Of a DNA stretch of 64,000 bases, positions 48,591 through 62,149 are shown one piece after another. The DNA comes from Lama glama (Eukaryota). The stretch is taken from assembly GCA_028534125.1 (NCBI GenBank), contig CM052817.1, positions 6,016,001-6,080,000 of the forward strand, written 5' to 3'. Under the pieces are notes generated by a model. It was not told the origin of the DNA. It saw only the letters and a list, made by a program, of their open reading frames with translations, and did not search any database. The position numbers and the translations under genes were made by a program. Numbering within the stretch: position 1 is the first letter of the stretch; each line of letters starts with the position of its first letter.

Positions 48591-51500
48591 TTAGAGACTG
48601 GGTGGGGTGGTTTAACAGAGAGAGCTTGGCAACAGAAGTAGGAGTTTGGGATAAGGACTGTGTGGATGTGTTCTCTGGGAAGGCCCCTGACCATGGAGTG
48701 GTCCGGAGATCCCTAGATTTGCCCAAGAGTAAGGGTGACCTGCTCTATGAATATTCATAAGCAGTTGTAGGGCAGCCTGGCTCCCAGGTACCTATCGAGA
48801 TAGCAGACCATCAATAGCTTAGCAAACCCAGCTATTACAATGACCCAGCTCTGACTTTGTGCTAACCAAGCTACCTCCTGACAGTCATTTGATATCCTGT
48901 GTAGATTTGCCTCCTGAGAGTGAACTTACAACTTGAGTACACTTTTAATGCTTGAACAAAGTCACAGAAGATGGATGGAGGTAGGGCCCCGAATACCAGA
49001 GTCAGGCAATGCCCTTAAGTCCCATCAACTCTGAGTGCCTTGGATAAAATAAGTCTTCTGAATCTGCAAAGCTGATGACTAAATGTGGGTCCCCAAGGAC
49101 ACCACAAAGGCTCAGTCCTCTCAGAAGCTGGGCTGGGGTTACTAGCCAACTTTTGTATTTATCTCACGCTAAATACAACAGAGAAGACACCACAATTAAG
49201 GACTATGCCCTCAAATGCATGGATATTGAATTTCCATGTGGTACCCAGATCTTTTGGCTCATACTTGGCTCATTAATATGCAAACAGCTATGCACAAAGC
49301 CATGTAAACAAGGTGGCATTCTAATTACCACACATAAGTGCTTGGGAAACAGTGTTTCAGTTAGCATCACCAATGAAATATGAAAAACAAACTCACATGC
49401 ATATCGTTACTGTTGCTTATGGCATATCTGGGACTTCTAATATGCTGTTGGTTAGTCTGAAGGAAAATGATGCTGTGATCATGACCCTGAGCACATCCAG
49501 CAGGGCTCTGATGGAAAGGAGTGCAAAGAGCAGGAGCTTGGGATTTCAGTAGACCTGGCTCCTCTTTCTGGTGTGAAATGGACAATGTATAGAATCTCTG
49601 AACCTCGGTATCCTCTTTTTGGAATAAGAATAAGTGTATCTACTAAAAAAGTGAGAAACAATGAGTATTCATTATACAGCACATAGTAGGCACTCAAATG
49701 GCAATCTACTGGTCATTGCTGTTTGGAAGTCATGATTAAAATTAAGATGAAGAAGCATGGCGATGATTCCCAAAGTATTCTGTCTGCAGATGTAACAGAA
49801 GCAAAAAAATCACAAAAATTTCTATGATGCTGTTTCCCACAATTCTGTTTTTCATAGCTAACCTGTGTAACCTGATGTTTCTCAGCCTTCTTGATAACTT
49901 TCCAAAATCGTTGAAAATCTTATTCAATCTGTTAAAAATTTTAAATCTAACTTAGGCTCAACTACTCATTTCTGTTTAATAATTTAACCCTTCTGAACAT
50001 TCTGTCTTTCTCATGCTAGGATGGGTAGGCGTGGCCTGGAGCCACTGTCCAGAGCCCAGGGCCTGGTGGACCTTGGCAGTTGCCTGCAACGGTGACTCTA
50101 ACTGCTGGATGTGGTGGTATTCATAAAAGGATACTTTTAGATTTAACTCTGCTGCTCCCTGTGACCTTGGTGTCAACACTCCATGGCTGCCATTTATCCA
50201 TTTCCTGCACATCTCCTGTGTCAGACACTCCAAAGATGCTCTTTTTCATCACTCAGCAACCCATAATGTGTATTAATCCACCCAGTTTTGAACTACGAAA
50301 CACCAATGACAGCTAACCAAAGGTCAGAGAAGTTAAGCCACTTACCCCCCAAACACATAATTAAGTCACACGCCCCATTCACATTCAGCTTTGACAGACC
50401 TCAAAGCCTCCTCTCCCTATCACCATACCGTCCATCCTCATCAACTACCTGAGCCTCAGTTTTAATATCTAATACTACCCTGCCTACTTCATTAAGTTGT
50501 TGAGATCGTTAAATAGACAATGTGCTCAAAAGCTCTGTATGTCGTGCAAGGCCATGTAACTGTGGTATGTGACTATCCTCTAATGAGATTATTAAAGTGA
50601 AATCATCATAATTTATCTGTATGAATCATCATCATAATTTATCTGTATGAATCAATTCCATGCTGATTATGATCATGTTTTAGGAATAAGGCCAGAGCTG
50701 ATGTGGGATGAGGAAAGGAAAGTAATGTAGAAAGAGCCAACATTTGTTGAGTACATGCTAGGTATTAACTATACACTGTATGTCATTGAATATAAATATT
50801 ATATTATTGAGGCTAAAAAGTTGTCAATACAAGTGATGTGCTCTTGCTCCATTGTAAAGATGCAGGAATTGAGGATTAGAAGGAATAAAGTAACATATCT
50901 GGTCAAGCTGCAGAGTTGGGATCCTGAGCAACTGAGTTAGATTTTAAATTCTACAGTCTTTCCATGACAGCATCTGACTCATGGCAAAGTGAGCTGGAGA
51001 TGGGTTCAAGCATTAAGCAAGAGGTAGCCAGATAGTACAGAAAACCACATGACCTTTGGTTTTAGGATGGTCTTGTTTATAGAGTCATCTGAGAGGGCTC
51101 CTTGGAGAAAAGAAAGAGAAATATCACCTTTAAGAGGGCAGGGGTCAAAGACCACTCCATGAACAGACAAAAGATGAGCTCTATGAAGCTGCAAAGGAAC
51201 AGTGGCCACCATTCACATCAGTCAGAATCAGGTGCAAATCAGTGTAGTTTTGAATTCTGTTACTGATGTCAGTGCCTGGACCACCCTGAGCGTTTACTTG
51301 GGCCACTCAAGTTCTTCATGAGTAAACCAGGGGAAATGATACTTGACTTTCAAGGGTGGATGTAAGGATTAAATGAGTTAATGTATAGAGATGGGTTGGC
51401 AAGAAACAGATTAAATAAACACCAGTTGCCCTTCTTGCTTCTCTAGGGCATATTTTATCTTTAGTTTCTCAGAGGATTTCTGAAGCTTTGTCATTTCGTG

Positions 51501-53489
51501 ACTGACCTCCAATTAGCCTGACCTACGATCGGCTTCCTGGGTTTTGAAATGCCTATTCCCTGTGACTTGGGTGGCCCTTGAGAATCCGAAGGAACAACTT
51601 CCTTGAGGGGCCATGCCACAATAGGGAGAGATAAGTAGGTAAGTAACGTTGGTTCAGGTAATAAAACCAGCGCTGATGGAATCCAGCTGCATCTTTTAAA
51701 GTATAGACATTCGGGGACACCCGTTCTCTTTTCTGCCTTGCTCTAGTTTATTCTTTGTTCTCTCTAAGAAGAAGAGGCATCTGGAAGAGATGTCTCCTGG
51801 TACCCCCAGAAGGTGGGCATTTTACCCTAACTTTACTCCCCTGTTTTGGACTCCTCACCTCTACAGAGGGAGGATGGTCAGCATGAATGCAGAGTTCACA
51901 CCCTCCTCCACACCAAGACAGAAAGAAAACCATTTCAAGTTAGAAAGTTAAAAAAATACACATATTCCCACAGAAGCTCTAGGACTTAACATCTACTTTC
52001 AATGGCCTACTTTGAATCAAGGCTATCTTGATAAAATTCAGCCAAGAAAGCCCACAGCTTTTCTGGCCTCTAGATTTTAGTGGCCCACAGTCGAGGGCCC
52101 CAAGCTCCAGGAAGAGACAATTGAAACATTTAATCTTTTCATTTTTTATCGGTTAGTATCATGATTCCTTCTTCCAGAAGAATAAAGGGATTTTTAAAAG
52201 CTGATTAAGAGAACTGGCTTGCTTTCTGCCTGTTTGATGCTTTATAGAAGGCCCTGCATTCCATGTTAGAAAAACCTTTTATTCTTGGTGGTCAGCTCTT
52301 TCCCAATGATCCTTTATGACACAGAGATGACCACTCAGACCAGGCTGGCCTACATGGCTTACCTGAGCAGCGTGGGGAGCGCAAACAGCCTTGTGCTGAG
52401 ATGTCCCTTGGTGGGGGGCTCTGTGGTAGCATCACGAGGAACTTCAGGAGCTGGCAATCCGTTCAGTTGGCTGAGGATAGAGTTATTCTCAATGTTAAGT
52501 AGTGTCCTTTAGCAGAAAGCTCTGCCTCAGTCCGTTTTAGGTCTGGTTTCCTGTGAAATGTGGCCACAGCCCTTGGTTGTTGTGATCTGTGTGCAGGTGG
52601 GACTTCCTCTTCTTGAGTTCAAGTGCAATAAATGAAGCTGTGGGAGGCTGAGGTCTCCCAACCCAAAGGGTGTCCTTAAAGACACACAGCGTCCTTATGT
52701 GGCACCTCGATATTGCCAGAATGCACTAGAACAGTGCATTTGCGTTTCGTTAGTATTGTTTCCGATGCACACGAACAGTGATTATCTTGTGACTTGATAT
52801 TGCCAGTGGCTTCCTGAGGCCATTCAAGGCACATAGACCCAATGCTCAAGTGCTGTAGAGGGAACTTGGGATCTGGAATGAGAAACACCTGTCTCTTCTT
52901 CTTGCTTATATTGAACATCAGCTATGTGATCTTGGGTAACTGGGAGTTCATTTCTCAACTAGTTTCCATTACCGCTACAACTGAGGGGTAATCTATTTAT
53001 GTTTTAGAGGTATTTCAATAATTTTATTTTCAATACTTATCAATATTTTAATTTTGCTCCTCCTGAACCCTGGTCCATTTAAACTGCCAGCAAGTCATTG
53101 TCAAGTGTCTGTTGTTCTCTTAGTGTTCTCCATTTGATACTGTAGATTTGTATAAACTGATGCTCTATATACAGCATCAGTTAAAATAATTCAAAAGTAG
53201 ACGTTTATATTTTCTTGGGTTAAGAACTCTGGTTTTGACTCACCATACACTCCCAAGGTAACACAAAGTAAGCCCTCATCAAATAGTATTTATACGTCAG
53301 GTCCTGTGCTGAGCAGGACAAGATCCTGCATGTATCTCCTTGTGCTATACAGTATAATCTTGTTTATCTATTCTGCCTATGCCTGTCAGTGTCTACAAAT
53401 TTTGATAACCATGGGAGGAAAATGGGTTTAAACTCCTTTTGTAATTGTGAAAACTAGAGCCTAGAGAGATTCATTTACCCACTTGATCA

Positions 53490-54300
53490 ACTAGTTTTTG
53501 CTGCATGAGGGGCTTCAAACAATAACCGCCTGATTGAACTCCCTGTGGTGGGGGTCAGTTGGTCAGCTCTTTTGGTCTGGGCCCGAGTTAGTTTTCTGGG
53601 CCGCTATAATACAGACTTCCACAGAGTGGGTGGCTAAAGCAGCAGAAGTGAATTGTTTCCTAGTTTTGGAGGCTAGAAGTCTGAATCAAGGTGTTGGCAG
53701 AGTGATTCCTTCTGATGGCAGTGAGGGAAGGATACCTGGCAGTCTTCATCTTTATACGACATTCTCTTGTGTCTGTGCCCATGTTTATCCTTCTTTTAAG
53801 CCCGCCAGTCACATCAGATTAGGGCCCATCCTAAGAATCTCACTTTAAGTTGATTGTGTCTTTAAAGAACTTGTCTCCAAGGAAGGTCATATTTGGAGGC
53901 ACTGGAGGTTAGGACTTTAATATATGCATTTTGGGGACACAGTTCAACCTATAACAGGACCTGATCATCTGGTCTCTGCAAGGGGGTTGGAAGGCAGCTG
54001 GATGATGTGGGGTTGTCACATTCATGTTTCTGTCGATGGGCAGGAAGTCAGCCGGGTACCTCAGTTCTCCGGGTGGCTTCTCATCATCCAGCTGGCTAGC
54101 TCAGGCTCATCCACATGATAGGTTCAGGGCTCCAAGTGCAGCAAGAAAGGGAACGTCCCAATGCCCAAGCCTTTTCCAAGACTTTGCTTGCATCCTGTTT
54201 GCTATGGCCCGTTCGCCAGAGCAAATCACAAGGCCAAATCCGAACGAATGTGGGAGAAGATCACTCAGGTGGGAGGAACGGGGAAGGAGGCTGTTGTGGT
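53490..54300 (-). mobile_element. Older MLT1 LTR interrupted by a younger MLT1B/C-like LTR (about 53585-53955)
   Basis: Inner element: ttggaggctagaagtctgaatcaaggtgttggcag...gaggttaggactttaa...ggggacacagttcaacctataaca. The flanks continue an older MLT1 (ggtcagttggtcagctcttttggtctgg | ctcatcatccagctggctagctcaggc). Confidence 0.7.
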
Positions 54301-54479
54301 CTCAAAGACCAGTAACCTAATACCTATGTTTGCATCTAGTTAGCGGCTGGACGGCTATGGGAACCTAAGTCTGATGCTACAAAAATCCCTGCTTTTTACC
54401 AAAGAAGAATTGAAAGCAGTTTGGGATAGTGAGAATGTGGTTAATAAGGTAGGTAGTATTTATAGCTTTTCCTGAAATA

Positions 54480-55000
54480 TCATTTATTCATTCATTTGCT
54501 CATCCATCCCTTCACTATCTGTTGAACATCTTATCATGTACCAAGCACTCTGTTAAGCACTAAGAACACAACTAGGTGGAAGACAACCTAATCGTCACCT
54601 TCGTGAAGCTCACAGCCCAGAGGAGGAGAAAGTCAATGAATGGAGTTTACAAGTATCTATAAAACTACAACCTGCGATCAATGCAGTGAATAGGACCTGA
54701 TCGGACATTCATTCATTCATTCAGCAACAGTTATCCACCTCCCTACCTGCTATTTGCCAGGTATTGGGCTGGATACAGAGGTGAAAAAGAAAAAAATCTT
54801 GTCCCTACCTTCTTGGAGTTTAAAATCTAACAGAGTAGAGAGACACTGAATGAGAAATAATGATCAGAGACAGAAACAAAGAGGACCCACAAGTGCACAA
54901 GAGGCAAATATATTCTAGTCTGGGGAGTCAGGAAAGACTTCCCTGGAAGGCGGAGTGATATTAAAGCTGAAACCTTTAAGATGAGCTGGAATTTGCTAGA
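54480..55000 (-). mobile_element. L2 LINE 3' fragments
   Basis: cattcattcatt tails, tgccaggtattgggct, ggggagtcaggaaagacttccctggaagg. Confidence 0.7.
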
Positions 55001-55489
55001 CCAAAAGAGGGGGGAAGGTGAAGGGAGAGGAAAGGAAGGAAGGCAGGAAGGAAGAATGGAAGTCAGGAGGGGAAGAGGAGGGAAGGGAGGGACAGGGAGT
55101 AAAGCTGATGTCGGGGAGAAGAGTCAAGGTCAAAAGGAGCGTATGTCTAAATGCCCAGCTGCCTTGATCTTCCCTGGAGCCTCCCACAGGGCCACTAAAG
55201 CATGTCATGGGGCCACCAGACACTAACTGGTGGGTACGTGATCCCCCACGTGTGTGAATCAAGGATGCGGGATGCATGCAGATTGCCCGTGAGTCTGAAT
55301 AGGACCTTCCTATGTCAGCGCTCGAGAGGGGGAGCTTATCCAGCTCTTACTGTCTGGGAAGCCCACGCAGGGTATGAAGCCCTTGGGTAGATCGCATGGA
55401 AGAACTACAGGAAAAAAAAAAAAACAACAAACCAAAAGAACCACAAAGCAGGAATTAAGAAAACAATGTATCATTGTATTACTTAATTA

Positions 55490-55617
55490 CTTTATTTTGG
55501 AGTGGGTGGGGGAGGTAATTACACTTATTTATTTTTAGAAGAGCTGCTGGGGATTGAACCCAGGACCCCATGCATGCTAAGCATACACTTTATACCGCTT
55601 GAGCTATACCTCCTCCC
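55490..55617 (-). mobile_element. Vic-1-type camelid SINE (tRNA-Ala derived)
   Basis: The minus strand reads gggaggaggtatagctcaagcggtataaagtgtatgcttagcatgcatggggtcctgggttcaatccccagca, a tRNA-Ala(AGC)-like head with A and B boxes, followed by an aaataaataa...taattacctccccc tail. Confidence 0.85.
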
Positions 55618-57373
55618 TGAAAAGCAGGGGTTTTAAAGCCCCATCATGTTCAAGTAGGTCCATGGTACCTGAGATGGAGCGAAAGGAAGACTCTCCTGGC
55701 TCTCACAGGCCCTGCTGGGAGACAGACCTACAAGACTGTCGGACTTCAGAGTTACACTGGCTTAGTTCAGAGCCCTCTTGGCTCCACGCATTGAACGGAT
55801 TTCAGCAAGTTATCTAATTTAACGATTCTCTCTTTTCTCACCTTTAAAGAGGAGTGTGACATGATTAGCCCCACGGCAGTTTTCAGTGCATGAAATCACA
55901 AAATTATCACACAAACGGACCTATAAGAAAACACGTCAATGACCTGGAACACCTTCAGGCAGATCTTTAAATACTTGTTTCAGCTTTTGCGAACTGAAAG
56001 CATGTGAAGAGAAACTGAAGTTTTTATTTATACTTTAAAAAAGCTCGTATTTTTAAACTGTTTATCTTGGAATAATTGTAGACTCACAAGAAATTGCCAA
56101 AATATTACAGAGAGGTCTTAAGAAGTATCCATCACCCAGTTTTCTTTACAGAAACTGACTTCTTATGAATAACCATTCTATGCAGAAACAGATTTAATTC
56201 TTAATTGACTTCCTCTCTAAGGCCGAGACAATGTGTTGGAGGAGACAAATAAAAAGAGGAGAGATGGCAAAGCCTGACCTAACCGTATCAGTTTCCTGTT
56301 ATTCTTGCTCTCCCCCTAATTTTCTTTCCAACTTTTTTGAATAAAACAAATTTAGGTGATAAAAAACTTGCAGGTCCTGGGTAAACATCCCGATACCATG
56401 TGGTGTTTGGTATCTTCCTTTCAGCCAATGGTGACTGCCAAGTTCAGACTGCTGTCACAAAGCTGGCTTCGGGATGGTGTCAAGTCTGGGGTCACACTGT
56501 GCAGCTTACATATACAGATACCCCCCAAGACACAAGAGACTGTCCAGCACCCTCAGGGTAGGAGTGTTGTTTATTTTATAAACTCCTAGTTGAGGGCACT
56601 GTCTCCTGCAACTGATCAAAATCTCTGTATATTTTTTACCAATTATGCAGGAGCTCCTGGGTGGATCCCTTGGTTAATTAGCACCGGCATTTCTGATTAA
56701 TTATTGTTTAGCACCTGTTTATGTGGGTGCCTCGGGCAGTCTGACTGTGAGCCCCTAGGAGGGGCTCACCTCACGTTAATTACCTTTCCTTTCTCATCTC
56801 ATACCCTGGCTCCTTCAGGGCACACCTCTGAGCCCTCCACGTAGCTGTGCTCTCCCTCTGGCATCACTCTGACATTTTTGGAAGAACCTCGGCTGAACGT
56901 TAAGTCGCGTCCTCTGCTGGAATTCAGACGTGCTCCTTTTCACCTGGGTCTGTGCTGCTCAGTGGGTAATTCTCATGGCTGCTAAGAAGCACTGGGGAAA
57001 ATCTCGACACATAAACACATCCGGCCATATTCAGTGAGCGAAAGCCGGTAGGGCTGTTCCCATAGAAGTCTATTCTTTCCAGAAGGAATCTTCAGGTGTT
57101 CCCTGCTTCCTGGCCCAACCACCCTGACACACCCCACAGGAAGGCAATCCCCAACACAGGGAGATCCAGGACTCAGTGTGGTATCTCACAGCTCAGAGGT
57201 GAACGGCTCTGCTGAACGTAACATCTCCTCCCCTTTGGATTTGTCTCCTGCCCTAGTTTAGCTGCATCCCTGCCCCAGACCTTTGGAAATCGCAGAGGTG
57301 AAGGAGGTAAGTAAACGCAGGAAGAGCTTTCCCCTGAATGTCTCTGTTCAGGTTCTTAGACTCCTCTAATTCT

Positions 57374-57464
57374 GTTTTAAAATTTTATTTACTCTTATTT
57401 TTTTAAATTGAAGTATAGTTGATTTACAATGTTGTGTTAATGCCTGGTGTGCAGCATAGTGATT
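57374..57464 (-). mobile_element. Short artiodactyl-type L1 3' end with TSD
   Basis: aattgaagtatagttgatttacaatgttgtgttaa, flanked by ctcctctaa at 57361 and 57465. Confidence 0.8.
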
Positions 57465-57874
57465 CTCCTCTAACCTCTTTAGTCACAGAAATGATAGGTG
57501 GTTTATCAATGACTGATTACCCACTAAATACGATTAGATTGTGTAGCTCACATTACTTTTCCCCAGGAGGGCCTCATGGCGCTAACAGTAAAAATTAAGA
57601 CATCCTGATATACTGGACGTTGTTCTAGGCACTTCACATAAATGCATAATTTAATCACCACAATGCCACCTCTACGTTCGTGTCATTATTGCCATTACCC
57701 ATTTGGAAAAAAACAAAACAAAACAGAGTCTCAGAATTACCAAGTTCTCACCATACTGGTGATAGATGCACTTGTCTCCAGGTGTCCCTTCTCAGCACTG
57801 GCACCACGACAGCTCCAGGACATTAGTGGCTTTGTTCTGCCAGGGCCACGGGACAGGTGAAATGTCAGTGATAA

Positions 57875-57980
57875 AGAAATATGTAAAATGAACATATGCA
57901 TGTACATGCATGATTAGGGCATTGTGCTGTACACCAGAAACTGACACATTGCAACTGACCATACTTCAATTAAAAAAAAA
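57875..57980 (+). mobile_element. Short camelid L1 3' end
   Basis: cattgtgctgtacaccagaaactgacacattgcaactgaccatacttcaattaaaaaaaaa. Confidence 0.8.
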
Positions 57981-59019
57981 TTAAAACAAAAATAAAGAAA
58001 GAAAAAAATGTAAGAGAAAGCACAGTGTAATGAAGGAATGAGACAGGATAAGGGGACAGAGAGTGGCCTGGGATGCATGGGGTGGGGGTTTCCTTATATA
58101 AGGTGGTCTGGGGTTGAGTCTTTGCAGAGGTGACATTTCAGCTGAGGCCTGAGTGGTAGAAAGAATCCAGCCAAGTGCGGCTCGGGAGAGAAGAGATTTC
58201 TGAGCAGAGGGAGCCTCACGAGAGGTTCCCAAGGAAGGGATGAGGTTTGGGGCTATACATGTCACAACAAAGTATCCATTTCTTGAGGGTGGTTATGGTT
58301 GTCTGCCATCTTGGAGTCCATTACAATACCAAGAACTACATCACCCAGCAATAGTTGAACTAAATTGGCTATAGACTGAATCCCTCATTTTGCAATAAGG
58401 AAGTGGAGTCATTTTGAGGTGAAGTGACCAACCACTATGGTGATTTGGAGGAAGAACCGACAGTGGCCCAAGTTCTAATCTCTTAGCCAGTTCTCTTTCC
58501 AGACCAGCATAGCTGTATCTCCTAATTTTACATTTCAGTGGCGGCTCTAGCTAGCCATTTTTCTTGAGCAGAGCCTTGTTTAGACAAATCTGGCCAGGAC
58601 TATGACATCATCCACGCACACACACGGATCTGCTATAGGCTGTTTGCCAAACACTTTCCCCGGAGGTTAAAAACACAGTAGTATTTTTAGCTCATGCTGG
58701 CAAAATCGCTCCCTCTCCACACAGGGCCTGGATCCTGGCCAGGGTGGCTAAGCTGGCAGGGCAAAGGGGCCTCATGCCATCTGTCTTCACATCGGCTGAA
58801 TTTGAATCTCAAAGAGAGAATCAGATGAAGAAAGATGAAAACAGCACAAACACCGCTGAGGAGTCCTTGATGGGTTTCGCTTAACCCCGGTGATTAACAG
58901 TGTGTAGAGGGGATGGTGGGACGAGGCAGGGCTCAGAGCAGCAGAGGAGAGGAAGGAAGCCAAACTCAGCACCCAAAGTGGAACTGGGCTTTGGCTTTTA
59001 CGTAGGAACACAGCAAGCT

Positions 59020-59500
59020 TTTTTTTTTTTTTTCATATTTTCTCTTTTTTCTCCTCTTTTTTAAAAACATCTTTGTTGTGCTATGATTCCTGTACAGTAA
59101 ACACGTATTTCAGATGTACAATTTGATGGATTTTGGTAGATGTATACATGCATGAAACTACCACCACAATCAAGATAGCTAACATTTCTGTCCCTCCCCA
59201 AGAGGTGCTCATTTCGAACTCTCAGTTTATCCCTTCCCACCCCCCTTACCCTCTAGTAACCATAAACTTGTTTTCTATGTCTGTGAGTCTGTTTCTATTT
59301 TGTAAATGAGTTCATTTTGGTCTTTTTTTTTTTTTTTTTAGGTTCCACATATGAGTGATATCATATGGCATTTTCCTTTCTCTTTCTGGCTTACTTCACT
59401 TAGAATGCGATCTCCAGGTCCATCCATGTTGTTGCAAATGGCATTATTTTATTCTTTTTTATGGCTGGGTAGTAGTCCATTGTATAGATATACCACATCT
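59020..59500 (-). mobile_element. L1 3' fragments (older L1MB-type end plus a younger artiodactyl L1 piece)
   Basis: gaaactaccaccacaatcaagatag, then gtaaccataaacttgttttctatgtctgtgagtctgtt...ttccacatatgagtgatatcatatgg. Confidence 0.75.
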
Positions 59501-59584
59501 TAGACTTTTCATTCCCTTAATTCTTTCTTTCTTTTTAATATTTTCTAGGAGGAAAGAGAAGTAAACCAGAATTACTTTCCTCTC

Positions 59585-59800
59585 TAAGGTTGCAGACCAC
59601 CAAATTCTCATTGCATCCTCACAGGACGGAGGGCAGAGGGAGGAAGCAAGCTCTCTTATGATTCTTATAAAGGTGTTACTCCATTTATGAGGGTTCACGA
59701 CCTCATGTAATCATAATTACCACCCCTCAAATCCCCACTGACAGGTACTATCACATTGAGGAGCAGGAATTCAACATATAAAATTTAAGTGGTCCATAAC
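59585..59800 (-). mobile_element. MaLR (MLT1A-like) LTR fragment
   Basis: ttctcattgcatcctcac...aagcaagctctct...tcttataaaggtgttactccattt...tatcacattgagg...ttcaacatata. Confidence 0.65.
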
Positions 59801-60216
59801 TCCTAAGAGGAAGGTTATAACAATGCAAAATGTGGAAAGAAGAATTCTAAGGCACTTCAAGGAGAGAAGAAGAAAATGCATGCTTCAGGCAGATGGACTG
59901 TTGTCCCTTTTGAAATCTGCCATGTAGAACATCCCCAAACATATAGTAGGTGCTCAGTGAATTAGTGAAGGAGTGATACAAGCTGCTTGAAGCCTGGACT
60001 TGATCTGTGTTGTTCATGCTCTGTTCCCAGCACCTGGAACAACACTCACTAAACTTTACAGATGAGCAGATGGGACGGGTTAATAAGGGGTTACCTAGAT
60101 TTCTCAATTTATGTCAAATAATTTTAATATTAAGACTTCATGTCATTAATACCAGGTCTTAGATGAAAGCATGGCTCCTGTACTGAGGGATTGCCCATTA
60201 TGGATTGAGTATATTC

Positions 60217-60490
60217 TTTTTCTTTTTTCAATTGAAGTACAGTCAATTACAATGTGTCAATTTCTGGTGTACAGCATAATGTTTCAGTCATACATATACA
60301 TACATTTGTTTTCATAGTCTTTTTCATTATAGGTTACTAAAAGATATTGAATGTAGTTGCCTGTGCTATACAGTAGAAACTTGTTGTTTATTTATTTTAT
60401 ATATAGTGGTTAGTATCTGCAAATCTCAGACTCCCAATTTATCTCTTCCCACCCCTTTACCCCCCGGTAACCATGAATTTGCTTTCTACT
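60217..60490 (-). mobile_element. Camelid/artiodactyl L1 3' end
   Basis: aattgaagtacagtcaattacaatgtgtcaatttctggtgtacagca...ctcccaatttatc...ggtaaccat. Confidence 0.85.
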
Positions 60491-60806
60491 GGTGTGTTTA
60501 AATGAAGAGGAGAGACACACAGAAAGGAGAGCAGCCTGTGAAGACACAGAGACACAGGGAGAAGGTGGTCACATGAAGATGGAGGTAGAGGTTGAGGTTC
60601 CACTGCCATGAGCCAGGGAATGCCTGGGCTACCAGAAGCTGGAAGCGGCAAGGAAGGGATCTCCTCTAGAGGCTTCGGAGGAAGCATGGCCCAGCTGACA
60701 CCTTGATTTAGGACATCTAGCTTCCAGAACTGTAAGAAAACATGTGTCTGTGGTCATAAACTGCATGATTTGTGGTACTGTTATGGCAGACCTAGGAAAC
60801 TGACAT
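60490..60806 (+). mobile_element. MLT1B/C-like MaLR LTR (3' part)
   Basis: ccagaagctggaagcggcaaggaagggatctcctctagag...gctgacaccttgattt...cttccagaactgt...ttatggcagacctaggaaactgaca. Confidence 0.85.
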
Positions 60807-62149
60807 GGAAGCATATATGAATAACCTTGAAACACCATTGTTTTGGAAATTCCTGTAGAGAAACAATTTTCATACTGCAAGACCATAATTCTCTAGTTCC
60901 AAACACATTTTTTCCCTCATCAAAACAGTATTTTTATAATGCCATTTTAAATAAATGATCTGAGGTTTTATAGGAAGGCAAATATGATAGACCTTTGCTG
61001 TGTGTTGCAGAAAGGGAGACCATAGCTTTAAATCATCTTGCAGCCCTGGTGGTAGAGATCCTATGAACAGCAGCTGTAATCTCTGTTTAAATAGCACCTG
61101 GGGTCATGCCTTCAATATTCCAGGCCTTTCAATGCAAAGGCTGCCCTGGCTTGACATTGGTTGTCTTGCTGTTGGTTGTGATAGAGGAGAAGGAACCGTT
61201 TTCAGGGCCCACCCCTGAATCATCCCCTAGGACCCAACAACTGCCATGTCAGCCTTTTGAGCAGCATAAACACCAGTGGCATAAGACAGTCAAAAGCATC
61301 CCCTCTTTTGCTGACTCATACGAGATTCCCCAATTCTGCTGAATTTCTGTCCTGCGAGGTGGGACCCAGTGTGGGCCTTCAGACTACACCCTGGGGCAGA
61401 GGGTAAGGAAGGAAGGCACTCACCAGCTAGCACCTGTGCCGTCCCACGTGTTCTGCATGTGTTATCCTAGGTGAACACTGCCACCACTTCTCAGGACAGA
61501 CTTTACTCTCTGTTTTAAAGAAGGAGATGGGAACTCTGAGAGTTTAGTGTTACAAACCAGACAGTGGCTGGGTCTCGGCTTGACCTAACTCGCACTGGGA
61601 CAACTCCGAAGCCCTCCCTTGGCTCCACCCTTCCTCCAAGACTAGACTAAACTCCACGGCCTGCTGTACACCTGCTTCTCCTTATGCTCATCCTGGCCCT
61701 GCAGGGATCTTCCGGATCTTACCCCAGCAGAGGTGAGAGATGTGAAGGGAGAACAAAGTCCTTTCCCCCAGGTAACTTCCCTGAGGCTTGTTTCCTTCTC
61801 CCCTCAGCCTGGTCCACATCAGCTTTCCAGGCATGTGGTTCTCTAGTCAATCTTGTCCAAAGTAGAGGTGCATGAGGGGAAGGGAGCAGAGAGGAGTTTC
61901 CAGCTCAGAGTTTCATATTTCAGTCCATGGAGAGTATAGTCCCCATGGTTCACCTTCAACCCCATTTTGTTCTTGTCCATAATTAGATTTCTTCTCCAAG
62001 TAGGTGAGGTGAGGAGGTTTGGCCCTGGAGTCTGTGTCAGATGGCTTGGAAGTGCCACATCAGGTCCTCTTGGCCATTAGTTCAGAGCCAGATCTGGCGG
62101 CAGTGGCATTCTACATGAGCTTCCTTAGCTGTCTCTGCTGCGTCTACTC

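Noticed and set aside
55540..55617. tRNA-Ala gene
   Set aside because: The arms are degenerate and it carries a SINE body and tail, so it is a SINE head rather than a functional tRNA.
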